From positions 7,564,001 to 7,628,000 of the forward strand of contig JBHGNT010000012.1 in the NCBI GenBank assembly GCA_043228905.1: a stretch of 64,000 nt of DNA, written 5' to 3'. This stretch comes from Azolla caroliniana. Its lineage: Eukaryota; Plantae; Polypodiophyta. A program made the translations under genes and the position numbers. The notes below the pieces were generated by a model. It was not told the origin of the DNA. It saw only the letters and a program-made list of their open reading frames with translations, and did not search any database. Of this stretch, positions 36,302-47,133 are shown piece by piece; within the stretch, counting starts at the first letter, position 1; each line of letters starts with the position of its first letter.

Positions 36302-39300
36302 ATGTCGGAAAGCGCCGCCCCTGCCTCTTCCTCCTCCTCCTCTGGAAGAGGGAGATTGCCACGTCCTCCTCAGAATCGTCGCCCTGCTTCTGCTTCTGCT
36401 TCTTCTTCCTCCGCCCCTGCTAGACCTGAAGCTTCAGGTACGCTGCTACCAAATCCTTCTCCTGTCTCGAGTTTCTCCTCGCAGGATGTGAGGCGGCTTG
36501 ATCCCACACAGATGGATGGTTCCAGAAGATTACAGACATTGAGCGCTGGCAGCCCTACTATTTCCGACCGGCAAGCGAACCCGAGGAGTTATGTGGGGGG
36601 AAGTAACTCTAGGAGTCGCGATGAGCAAGGAGACAGGAATCATAACCCTAGGATTCCTCAGGGGCAAGGAGAAAGGATCCCGAGGAATCAGGACGTTTCA
36701 AGAAACCCTAGGAATCATTCAGAGGAAGAAAACCCTGGGAATCATGGGGCACAAGGAAACCCCCGGAATCACCTGGTACACGAAAACCGGTCTGGCAGGA
36801 GACGAGGAGGCCATACTATACCTGATTACAACAGCACAAACAACAATAATAATAAAGGCGGTGAAGGAACATCCGGAGATAATCAGCCCTTTAGAAAGGG
36901 GAACTATCGGAGGATTATTGTATCCGAAGGTGTTGCAGAAAGTAGTAGTATAGCAGAACCTAGGCATGAAGGTCCCAGTGAGGCAAGGTCTGAACGAAAA
37001 ATTGATGATTATGATAATAATGATAACACATCTAGTAGAATGTCTACCCAAGATGGCTGGGCAAACCACCACCAGCACCCGAGGAGGTCACGAGGAACAA
37101 GAAGTCGAATAGGCGAGGATCAACAGAAAGTGGGCGTTGGTGCACCTATAAGACAACAATGGCTGCCATCAAATTTGAATAGTAGAAGAGATCCATCTCA
37201 TGCTGTTGATCAATCTGAGACTGGCTCGTCCTATCAGGCAGTTTCTCGCGTAGATGGTGTTTCTGATACCATCCGAGATGGCCGTTCTCCTTCTCAGGCC
37301 AATAGCATCAATGTGGATCCTCTCGAGGCACTAGAAGCTTCTCGGGGGGCTGTTGAGGAGGCCCTTCAGAGTATCTCCATATCCCGAATGCAAAGACAAA
37401 ATCCGGAGATCAACATAGCAATGCAACATGTCCAACAATTCGCTCCAGATGTCGCGAAGCTACCAAACCCTCAAGGGATTGGCCGAAATATGGATATGCG
37501 GAGACAAAGAAACACTCTGAAACCTAGGGAAAACCACCGTGAAGATGCATCAATCAATAGAGGCGCAAAAGTAATTACGAAACCAATACCGAACAACAAT
37601 GCTCCTTTGCTTGTCCAAGAGCTTGAGGAGAAGCTGATCAAAGGGAAAGTAGAATGCATGATATGCTATGATAGCGTTAGAAGAGAGGCGGCCGTATGGT
37701 CTTGTGGAGGCTGCTATGCTATTTTTCATATAGCTTGCATCAAGAAGTGGGCTAGGGCACCGATCTCAGCTGATTTTTCTATCACATCTTCGGAACAAGT
37801 GACAACTGGAAATTGGAGGTGTCCGGGTTGCCAAGCTCCTCAATTTCTGGGCGCCGATGAGATTAATTATAGATGCTTCTGTGGGCAAATTCCACACCCT
37901 CAAGTGGATTACTACCTCACACCTCATTCATGTGGTGGTCCTTGCAAAAAGTCTCTAAGCTCAGCTAAGAATCCTCATTGTAGGCATGTATGTACGATGC
38001 AATGCCATCCAGGGCCTTGCCCTCCTTGCAATGCATTGGCTCCCCCTCAGTTTTGCCCGTGTGGGAAAACAAGCTATACACAAAGATGCTCGGAGCTTAA
38101 GAGTCCCAAATGTTGTGGTCAGATTTGTGGCCGGCCATTGCAATGTGGGCGACACTATTGTGAGAAGGTATGCCATGATGGCTCATGTGGAACGTGCAAC
38201 GCTCTATTGACAGTAAAATGTTTTTGTGGAGGTATGAAAGAAAGCATGTTTTGTGGTTCTATGGATTTGCAAGGGGAACTGGATTGGGAAAACGGTGTTT
38301 TCTCATGTCAGAACTCTTGTGTAAAGTATCTCAAGTGTGGGAAGCACACTTGCAAAAAGCAATGCCATCCTGGAGAGTGTGGACAGTGTGAATTGTCTCC
38401 CGAGAGGCTTCATACATGTCCATGTGGCAAAGTTTCGATTCAAAAGCTGTTGGGACCTGGGAGGCGGAGAGACAGTTGCACTGATGAAGTTCCTCTGTGT
38501 GGGAACATTTGCGAGAAGCCACTTCCTTGTGGCAAGCATTTCTGCCAGAGCTTGTGCCACATGGGCGATTGTCCAAAATGTGAAGTCGAAGTTGAGCAAA
38601 AATGTAGATGCCAATCAACATCTCAAAGGATGCCATGTCACAAAGGTTGGACCATGGAGGGTGAGAGGAAAGCATCAAAGGGCAAGGAAGATGATGAAAC
38701 AGAATTGTTTTTATGTAATCGAACATGTGGGAAGAAAAAGAACTGTGGGAGGCATAGGTGTAGCAATAAATGTTGCCCATTAGCCAATAAAGAGAATATC
38801 TTGGAGGAGGATAATCCTCATATTTGCTTATTGTTATGTGGCAAGAAATTAAGGTGTGGTCAACATACTTGCGAAGAAACGTGCCACAATGGACACTGCC
38901 CACCATGCTTAGGCTCGACGTTTACAGAGCTCACATGTGCATGTGGTAAGACATCCATCCCACCCCCTGTACCCTGTGGTACATTCCCTCCATCATGTCC
39001 ACACCCATGCTCTCGTCCGCAACCGTGTGGCCATGCTGCCACTCATCAATGCCACTTTGGAGATTGCCCTCCTTGTATTGTCCTTGTGGCTAAGGAATGT
39101 GTGGGGGGCCATGTTGTCCTAAGGAATGTGCCTTGTGGTTCTAAGGATATAAAATGCAACACATTGTGTGGGAAAACAAGACAGTGTCAATTACATGCTT
39201 GTGCTCGGCTGTGTCATTTGCCTCCTTGCGATGTTGTACTGATGGATGCCCCGGATGGTAAGATAATGAGCTGTGGACAACAATGTGGGGCTCCTCGCCG

Positions 39301-40564
39301 TGATTGTCAACATGTATGTGTTTCCATTTGCCATCCTGGGACACTTTGCCCCGAGACAAGATGCAAGTTTCCAGTCACTATATTTTGTTCTTGTGGTCGT
39401 TTGTCTCAACAAGTGCCTTGTGATGCTGGGGAGAGTTCCAAGAGGAATGATTCACTGGAGCTTGCCTATTACTCTAGTCTTCGATTACAACCTATGGATG
39501 GGAAGGTTAGAATTCCTCTTGGTCAGAGGACCTTGGCATGTGATGAAGAATGTGCTAAGATGGAGAAGAAGCGTATCCTCGCTGATGCTTTTGGTGTAAC
39601 AGAAACAACCATTGATATCTCGGCAGAGAGTATTCATGATGCTTCTGATACTCTAAGAGAGCTACTCAAGAAGGATCCACAATGGGTGCTTTCCGTTGAG
39701 GATCGATTTAAGTATCTTGTTCTTGGTGTAAAGTCAGTTAATGCTGGGCCAATTCGTGTCCATGTGTTCAAAGTTTTACCAAAGGAGATGCGAGAAGTGA
39801 TAAGACAAATAGCTGAGAAATGGAACCTTTCTGTGAGTGGGGTGGGTCGGGAACCAAAAAGATTCCTAACTGTGTACACAAACCCAAAAACAAAGGCTCC
39901 TCCGATGAGAGATCTCTTTGCAAAGTCACCCCTTCCTCTCCCGGGCCAAGCTCAGGCGCCAATGTTCAACCCTTCCTTGGATATGGACCCTCGGCTTGTA
40001 GTGGGTCTTTTCGAGCTACCCAGAGATGCAGACATAAGCTCATTGGTGCTAAGGTTTGGTGGTGAGTGTGAACTTGTGTGGCTGAATGATAGGAATGCAT
40101 TGGCGGTGTTCTCTGACACTGCGAGGGCGGCCACTGCGATACGAAGGGTGGATCATGCCTCAGTTTACAGTGGTGCAGTTAAGATGATGCCTTTTCACTC
40201 TGTGGATAGCAGTAGTGGTCGAGGGAGCAGCAGTTTGAAATGGCCAGCACGAAAGTTTAAGGGTGGCCATGAAGAATCATCATCATCGAGTTGGTCAGAA
40301 GATGCATGGGGAGAAGAGTTGGGAAGTGCTAATCAATTGAGTAATGTTGTTTGGAATAGAGGAGGTCCTGCTATTACATCTGTGAATCCATGGGGAGCTT
40401 TGGATGAGTCTTCGAATACTGTTAGGAATCGGGATAAAGCCATTGTTGGTGGCAATAATAGTACTAATCATCGGGACAAAACTAATAGCGTAGATGCAGT
40501 TGCAACCATTCAGCCAAGGATTCTTAATTCTCCTGCGGACGACTGGGAAGAGCTGGAGGGTTGA
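36302..40564 (+). CDS. NFXL1: NF-X1-type zinc finger protein NFXL1 (intronless, ~1420 aa)
   Basis: ECMICYD..WSC..CYAIFH..CIKKWA..WRCPGC RING/PHD, tandem NF-X1 fingers (CGxHxCxxxCHxGxCxxC), R3H-like region (GREPKRF) and LVLRFGGECELVWLND C-terminal block. First in-frame ATG at 36302. Confidence 0.96.
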   Translation: MSESAAPASSSSSSGRGRLPRPPQNRRPASASASSSSAPARPEASGTLLPNPSPVSSFSSQDVRRLDPTQMDGSRRLQTLSAGSPTISDRQANPRSYVGGSNSRSRDEQGDRNHNPRIPQGQGERIPRNQDVSRNPRNHSEEENPGNHGAQGNPRNHLVHENRSGRRRGGHTIPDYNSTNNNNNKGGEGTSGDNQPFRKGNYRRIIVSEGVAESSSIAEPRHEGPSEARSERKIDDYDNNDNTSSRMSTQDGWANHHQHPRRSRGTRSRIGEDQQKVGVGAPIRQQWLPSNLNSRRDPSHAVDQSETGSSYQAVSRVDGVSDTIRDGRSPSQANSINVDPLEALEASRGAVEEALQSISISRMQRQNPEINIAMQHVQQFAPDVAKLPNPQGIGRNMDMRRQRNTLKPRENHREDASINRGAKVITKPIPNNNAPLLVQELEEKLIKGKVECMICYDSVRREAAVWSCGGCYAIFHIACIKKWARAPISADFSITSSEQVTTGNWRCPGCQAPQFLGADEINYRCFCGQIPHPQVDYYLTPHSCGGPCKKSLSSAKNPHCRHVCTMQCHPGPCPPCNALAPPQFCPCGKTSYTQRCSELKSPKCCGQICGRPLQCGRHYCEKVCHDGSCGTCNALLTVKCFCGGMKESMFCGSMDLQGELDWENGVFSCQNSCVKYLKCGKHTCKKQCHPGECGQCELSPERLHTCPCGKVSIQKLLGPGRRRDSCTDEVPLCGNICEKPLPCGKHFCQSLCHMGDCPKCEVEVEQKCRCQSTSQRMPCHKGWTMEGERKASKGKEDDETELFLCNRTCGKKKNCGRHRCSNKCCPLANKENILEEDNPHICLLLCGKKLRCGQHTCEETCHNGHCPPCLGSTFTELTCACGKTSIPPPVPCGTFPPSCPHPCSRPQPCGHAATHQCHFGDCPPCIVLVAKECVGGHVVLRNVPCGSKDIKCNTLCGKTRQCQLHACARLCHLPPCDVVLMDAPDGKIMSCGQQCGAPRRDCQHVCVSICHPGTLCPETRCKFPVTIFCSCGRLSQQVPCDAGESSKRNDSLELAYYSSLRLQPMDGKVRIPLGQRTLACDEECAKMEKKRILADAFGVTETTIDISAESIHDASDTLRELLKKDPQWVLSVEDRFKYLVLGVKSVNAGPIRVHVFKVLPKEMREVIRQIAEKWNLSVSGVGREPKRFLTVYTNPKTKAPPMRDLFAKSPLPLPGQAQAPMFNPSLDMDPRLVVGLFELPRDADISSLVLRFGGECELVWLNDRNALAVFSDTARAATAIRRVDHASVYSGAVKMMPFHSVDSSSGRGSSSLKWPARKFKGGHEESSSSSWSEDAWGEELGSANQLSNVVWNRGGPAITSVNPWGALDESSNTVRNRDKAIVGGNNSTNHRDKTNSVDAVATIQPRILNSPADDWEELEG

Positions 40565-42826
40565 AGTAGATGAGACGGAATATCGTTTCCAAACTCATAG
40601 AAAATATGCCTAAAAGAGCAAAATGGATCGAAGAGGTAAGACAAGCTAGGTATATTTATATCACCATGTGGTAGTGGTGCTGGAGACTGGGAAAAGATGG
40701 GTCTGGAAGGTTGAAGGAAAATAAAGGAAAAAAGTCTTCTGTAAGTTCTCATAAAATAAGACCAAAACAAATTGTTAAGTATCCAGTTCAATGCATTTAC
40801 ATGTATACCAGTCCTACTGTAGAGAGGTATAGCAGTTTCAAAGTTTGATTGCGGGTCTCCATTTTTTGGAGCATAAAATGTTGGAATTTTGTCTTTTTGG
40901 GTTTTACCTTCTGTTGAAATTTTGATCAGAATCAACTTTGTTGATGTGATGATTTGAGCTTTTGATCAGTATATTGCATTAAGCACTCTATCATGATGCA
41001 TTGATTCAAACTCCTTATTAGTGTCAATTCCCACTATCCAATTCTATTTGTGGATTCTAAGATCGAATTCTGTATCACATGATTCAAACTCTTTATCAAT
41101 TTTGTGTAAATTCAAATCTTTCATCAAAGAATTTAGTCATCAAAACACTTTTGTCGATATGGCTTGGAATTGATGTTGCCCCAAACACAACCTATGTAGC
41201 TTGGATTTTGACATTTTCAATATGTTGATTCAAACTTCATCACATTGACATCACATTTTTGTACTAAAATGGAATCAAGCATTGTGGTTTTTAATTGTTC
41301 TCATTGACTTTCAAGAATGCTTTTATGGTGGTTCAATGCCAGGTTTTAGAGAGTGATCAATTGTTTTGTCTGTTATTTTAATATTAAAATCATACCCATC
41401 TCTTCTCAACTTTCATTCTAGAGCCACTTGTTCTTCTTGTAGTTACTCTTCTATGTAAGTGCATATGATCAAATACCATTATCAAAGAGGGCAAGTTGAG
41501 ACACATCTTAGCAACCAATGGGGAGTGTTTATTAGTATAATGGGCAATAATTTGGTGACTGGTCACTGAAAAGAATAAGTATAAGGTGACTTTGGGTAGG
41601 GCCTACTCAACATTTGCCAAAGTGTTAACAGTGAGGGTGGGTGCGTTGTCTTGGCTCTATGTTTCCTTCCAAATCTTTTCTCCCTTTATGTTTTTACTTG
41701 CAAGTGAGAACTTGCACAAATAGAATTGAAAGAACATACACATTAAGGCAAATATATTGCAAAAGGGACATGTGAAGAAAGAAGGAAAGACATTCATCTT
41801 CTTTGAAAAACACAATGTGATGGGCCAAAATGCTAGAACATTAATATTGATAGTAAATTTAGTTGGCCAACAAAATTCTTCATCCTATATATTTGGGATA
41901 TTCTCATACTTTCATAAAGCTAGCTCAAAATGCTGCCAACAATGTATATTGAGAAGACAATATTCTATTGTAGGTTGAGGTTCTTAAAGCCATTTTGTGG
42001 GCCACTTGGTGATGAAAAATGCATTTGTGTTCTTGTCACAAGAGTGTTAAATGAATGTGCAGTAATAGTTAAGGGACAATAAGTAATCATAGCAAACCAA
42101 AGATTAGTATCGGTATCGAATTGAATGATTCAAATAAATACTTGTGGCCACTAATGAAGTAGGAGCTTCATGTAATAATTAATGTCTTGGTTCATCCTAG
42201 ACTTGCATGTAAATTGGTCATTTGTGCCCTATTGGTCAATGCCACAACCAATGTCCATACTTATGAATGTATCATATATCAAACTCTATCACAAATTACA
42301 ATATGTTTCAAAAATTCAAAAATAATGTCCGAATATTATATACTAGATAATGTATTCACATTCTGATAAAGTTTGGCCTAGGCACTCCTCTAGAAATCCC
42401 ACGTGTTGATCCTGGCTTATGTGAGCTCGACCAATTAGGCAGCAGGATGATTCATATTTGAACAAGCGTTATAAACTTATAAGTAACATTAACTTTCAAG
42501 TGTATGGGAAACCAATGTCTTGGTCATAGATAAGACTAAGTTAGCTATATTATTGTGGCTTTCAAGGACTTGCTAGAAAGATGTGGACCAAAAAACATAT
42601 GCCAAATTTAGCAATACCTTTGTCTTATCTCCACTTGTCCCAAGTTCCAACATTGGAGGCAAAACACATCATATAAAAAGCCCTTCCATTCTCTCATCCT
42701 TTCATCAAATATAATCCAAGCTTCTACTAATCATCCTTGTTGTATCAAGGTTTTTCAGTCATTAATCTTAGTGTTAGGGAGTGACTTAAATCATTAACAT
42801 ATTAGGGACATTACTGGTTTTTTGTT

Positions 42827-44009
42827 ATGGCATTTGCGATCGTGAGCGATGCATTTCGGTCCCCATCGTACACGGAGCTCACTGTGTGTGAGAATGCGGT
42901 GAGCATGAGCGGGGAGGGGTTTCACATCATGGACGCAGCGGGAGGAGTCGTGTTCAAGATGGACGGACATGCCGTCAGCATCCGGGATCGGTGCACTCTC
43001 CGTGATGCTGATGGCCGTGCAATCCTCTCGGCCCGCAAGAAGGTCATCTTAATGAATTCCAAATTTTGGTTTAAAATTCCTCACCCTACATACATAACAT
43101 AAAAGCCCCATGATTAATGGAGCTGTTGAATGATTTGTTGATGAATATGCATATCATTTGCTGATTAGCATTAATGGAGCTGTTGAATGATTTGTCGATG
43201 AATATGTATTATCATTTGATTTGTTGATTGAATATGCATATCATTTGATTTGTTGATTGAATTAAGTATACATATCATTTGATTTGTTGATCTGTTGATT
43301 GATTGAATATGTATATTGAATATGCCTATCACTTGATTTCTTTATTGAATTGATTTGTTGATGAATATGTATGTATTATCTTTTGCATACAGCTGATTAG
43401 CATGCATGAGAGATGGGAGGTGTGCAGAGGGGAAGATTTCAACGATGCCGACATGTTGTTCACGGTGAAGAAGAGCTCAGTTGTGCAGTTCAAGACACAC
43501 CTTGAGGTCTTCCTCAAGGGCAACGAGGATGAGAAGTCGCCCGACTTCGAGGTGAAAGGGAACTTCTTGGACAGGGAAGGCCAAGTTTTCCACAAGGATC
43601 AACTTGTTGCAGAGGTAAAAAAAAGAAGAAGAAGGAAAAAATCATTCAGATCTAATCTCTCTTTGCAATCAATTGAATATATCACTGCATGCAGCGGTTG
43701 CGATTTTCGTAGATCTTATAGTGAAAGAGTGGTTGCGGAGATCTTCGTAGATCTTATAGTGAAAGAGTGGTTGCGGAGATCAGTCGAATGATTGGGATGA
43801 TTTAGTGGTGTGTTATCATTGGAATGGTTTGATACTTTTTTCTTAAAAAAATTTCTTTTTTGTGCACTGCATTGCAGTTGAAGCGCAAATATACTGCGGG
43901 AAATGTGATGCTCGACAAGCATACGTTCCTTGTGGCGGTGCTTCCAAATGTCGATCAAGCTTTCATAGCAACATTGGTGATAATCATGGATCGTATAAAG
44001 GAGGATTAA
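42827..44009 (+). CDS. LURP-one-related (tubby C-terminal-like) protein, 189 aa
   Basis: Exons 42827-43042, 43393-43614, 43878-44009 (GT-AG, phase 0). Motifs GFHIMDAAGGVVFKMD, LRDADGRAILS, DFEVKGNF, PNVDQAFIATLVII. TATA at ~42671. Confidence 0.93.
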
Positions 44010-45617
44010 AGACTTTTGGGCTTCCAAATTCCAATACTGTTAATCGATTTTCTTAGATATAGTAGTGCATTATTATTGGGTTTTTGTTTTGTGTTTTTTC
44101 ATATATGAGGACAAGAGCCCTTGTCCCTAGCTTTTCTTTGTGCATAGAATACCATTGATTGGATTAAATACTAGTGCATTACTCCTGGTTCTCTTGCCTT
44201 CCTCACAGGCCAAGAGCACTTGTCCATAGCTTGATGTATAGAATACCATTGATTGGAAATAGTGTTCAGTCTTATACGATAAGCCTCATAGATTGCCTAT
44301 ACTTAGAAAATGTAGACAAAATAGTAAATTTATACACATTTTGTAATTACATTTGAGTAATGAATGGAGTTTCTTTTTATGAAATTTTCACTGTTTGATA
44401 GTCGTTGCAAGAAAATGTATTAGTAGACAAATAATAAATTCATCGATTGCCACACTCCACAACCTTGTGTAACGAATGGAATTGGGGAGTTTTTTTGTTA
44501 AAATGTGTGTTTCATCACTCTTGATGAAGTCTGCAATGAAGAGCGAGTAATGTATTGACAGGTTTGTTTTGTAATGAATGGAATTTGTTGGTTTTTATTT
44601 ATTTTGTGTTCCTCATTAGAGGAGAATTAAAAATATACCTGTTTAAATGAAATGACATATTTTGCTCATATTGCTCAATAATGAAATAAAATACATGTTG
44701 CTAAACGAGAGGACCCATCAAAACATGGATCTGAAATGTGATGCTCTACTTAGGATTCTATATCCTGTTTATTGAAATGGAAACCATTTATTTCAACATG
44801 CAATTATATGCCATAAAATAATATCGGCTAACAGAGTGGCCATAAAAAGCAAAAGCAAAATATCAAATCCTCACTAGTTCCACCCAGCCAATCCGAAAAA
44901 TCTACAAACCTTCTGGTTTTTGAACATATTCCGGGATGGATAGCTCCTGCTTTTTGAGCATATTCCGGGATGGATTGCTCAGTTGGTAGAGGATTGAAAT
45001 GGATATTTCAGGAATTGCGCCTCCTTATTGTTAGCAGGATCAGCCACAAGATTTGGAAATACGATCTCACTATAAGATTTGCCTGAAGTTGCATTTTGAA
45101 CCTAGCAAGTATATTATAAATTGGGACATCTATTGTGGTTCCTTAACTTTTATTATGTTGGATACAATGGTAGTGCTTGCCTTTGATTCTATTAACCATC
45201 CTCTTATCTTAAGAGTGCTTGTTATAATTGTCACATACAATGACCTCGAATTTGATAACTTGCAGCAAAAAGCCGAGGTGTGTTCCATCAAACAATCATC
45301 CCAGAGAATGTTTAAGTGAGATTTGCTAGAGAGAATTTTAAAAACTTCCATCAATTGTGAAACTTTTGAATCAATCAATATCGATCTTTACTTTGGCAAG
45401 GTGATTATTACAACAGGGTTAACCTAGTTATGTCCTAACAGTATGTAATTATAGCTGCCAACGTGAGTCATGTGAAAATATTTAGACCATAACTTGAGTA
45501 AAGGGTAAATAATCCATCATTCTTAGTTATACAATCAAAAGAGATTTTCGGTGAGCTAATCACCTTCCTTGACAAATACATCAATGCATACCTTCTGAAA
45601 CGTCTAAATGGAGTGAT

Positions 45618-46115
45618 GCTTGTATTTGCTTGATTGTTTGGTTACATAATTCGTTAAAAATTTAATTAAAAATGAAAAGTCAGCAAAATCTCACATAAGA
45701 GTTTGTATTTGCTTGATTGTTTGGTTACATAGTTCGTTAAAAATTTAATTAAAAATGAAAAGTCAGCAAAATCTCACATAAGAGCTTGTATTTGCTTGAT
45801 TGTTTAGTTACATAATTCGTTAAAAATTTAATTAAAAATGAAAAGTCAGCAAAATCTCACATAAGAGCTTGTATTTGCTTGATTGTTTAGTTACATAATT
45901 CGTTAAAAATTTAATTAAAAATGAAAAGTCAGCAAAATCTCACGTAAGAGCTTGTATTTGCTTGATTGTTTGGTTACATAATTTGTTAAAAATTTAATTA
46001 AAAATGAAAAGTCAGCAAAATCTCACATAAGAGCTTGTATTTGCTTGATTGTTTGGTTACATAATCGTTAAAAATTTAATTAAAAATGAAAAGTCAGCAA
46101 AATCACACATAAGAG
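45618..46115. repeat. Tandem repeat, 6 x 83 bp, AT-rich
   Basis: ttgtatttgcttgattg recurs at 45620, 45703, 45786, 45869, 45952 and 46035; near-identical units. Confidence 0.95.
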
Positions 46116-46359
46116 TAAGGTAAAGTTTTGTGTCATTGTACCAAGATTTCTGAACTGAAATTTTCTGGGTAACTTTGATGGATTTTACAATTTGTCGATG
46201 TTTTAATATGTGAACAGTTTTCCAAACAGTCATAATTTTAAAATTTTAAAATTTTTAGACATCATCTTTTACATTTGAGGATGCTTTTCATCTCTGTATA
46301 AAGATCAGCCAGAGCTTCTTTTCAGTTTCATTAGTTGCAGCATCAGTAAGCTAACCTGT

Positions 46360-46990
46360 TTTCCCATTATGTGACCTAGCAGACTTGGTACATTGGGAGG
46401 CCAACCAATAGAAAGTCAATAGGATTTAAAATATTTCTCACATCCTCGACCCACCCAAAATACAAACCTCCAAAATAGGGTTGCAACAATGTCCATTAAC
46501 ATATTTTCTCAAATGTAACCTAGCATTCACTTTGTATTGCATTAGGAGGCCAATGCATTGCAGGTCGTAGCATTCAGTAATATTTCTCTCGTCCCTGCCC
46601 TTGGATGCCCATGGCTTGAATATGTCTCATGTCTCTGCCCTTGGATGCCTGTTTATATATAATACAAACCTCCCCAATAGAAGTTACAACTATCCCAATT
46701 ATCCCAGTTATATGACCTAGCATTGATTTGGTATGTATTAGGAGGCCAACGCATAGGAAGTTGTAGGTTTGGTCATTTTTGTCACGTTCCTGCCCATGTA
46801 TCATAAAAAACCTCCAAATTAGAAATTACAGAAAGTGTCGACCAAATTTCCCAGTTCTGTGACCTTTAGTATCAGTTTGGTATGTGTTAGGAGTTCAATG
46901 CACACCAAGTCATAGACTATCAATGCATATCAGGTCATAGGGTCGGTAGTATTTCTCATGTCCCTGCCCCTGCCTCTGGGTGCCCATGTA
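46360..46990. repeat. Four diverged ~150-200-bp repeats downstream of the PPR gene
   Basis: gacctagca...ttggta...ttaggaggccaa recurs near 46370, 46515, 46712 and 46858. Confidence 0.6.
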
Positions 46991-47133
46991 TCATACGACC
47001 CTCTGAAATGAAATGTTTTGAACACTAATAAGAAGGTATTGACACCCAGTAGTATTAGATGGGTCCTGTGATTCAATTTCATGGCACCTATATATGTTTT
47101 GCAATCTTTTACATGAAAATCGTTTCAACGATA

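Noticed and set aside
44915-45010. tRNA-Phe-like start (GCTCAGTTGGTAGAG...TGAAAT) with a short upstream duplication
   Set aside because: No T-arm, B-box or acceptor stem; at most a fragment, not a tRNA gene.
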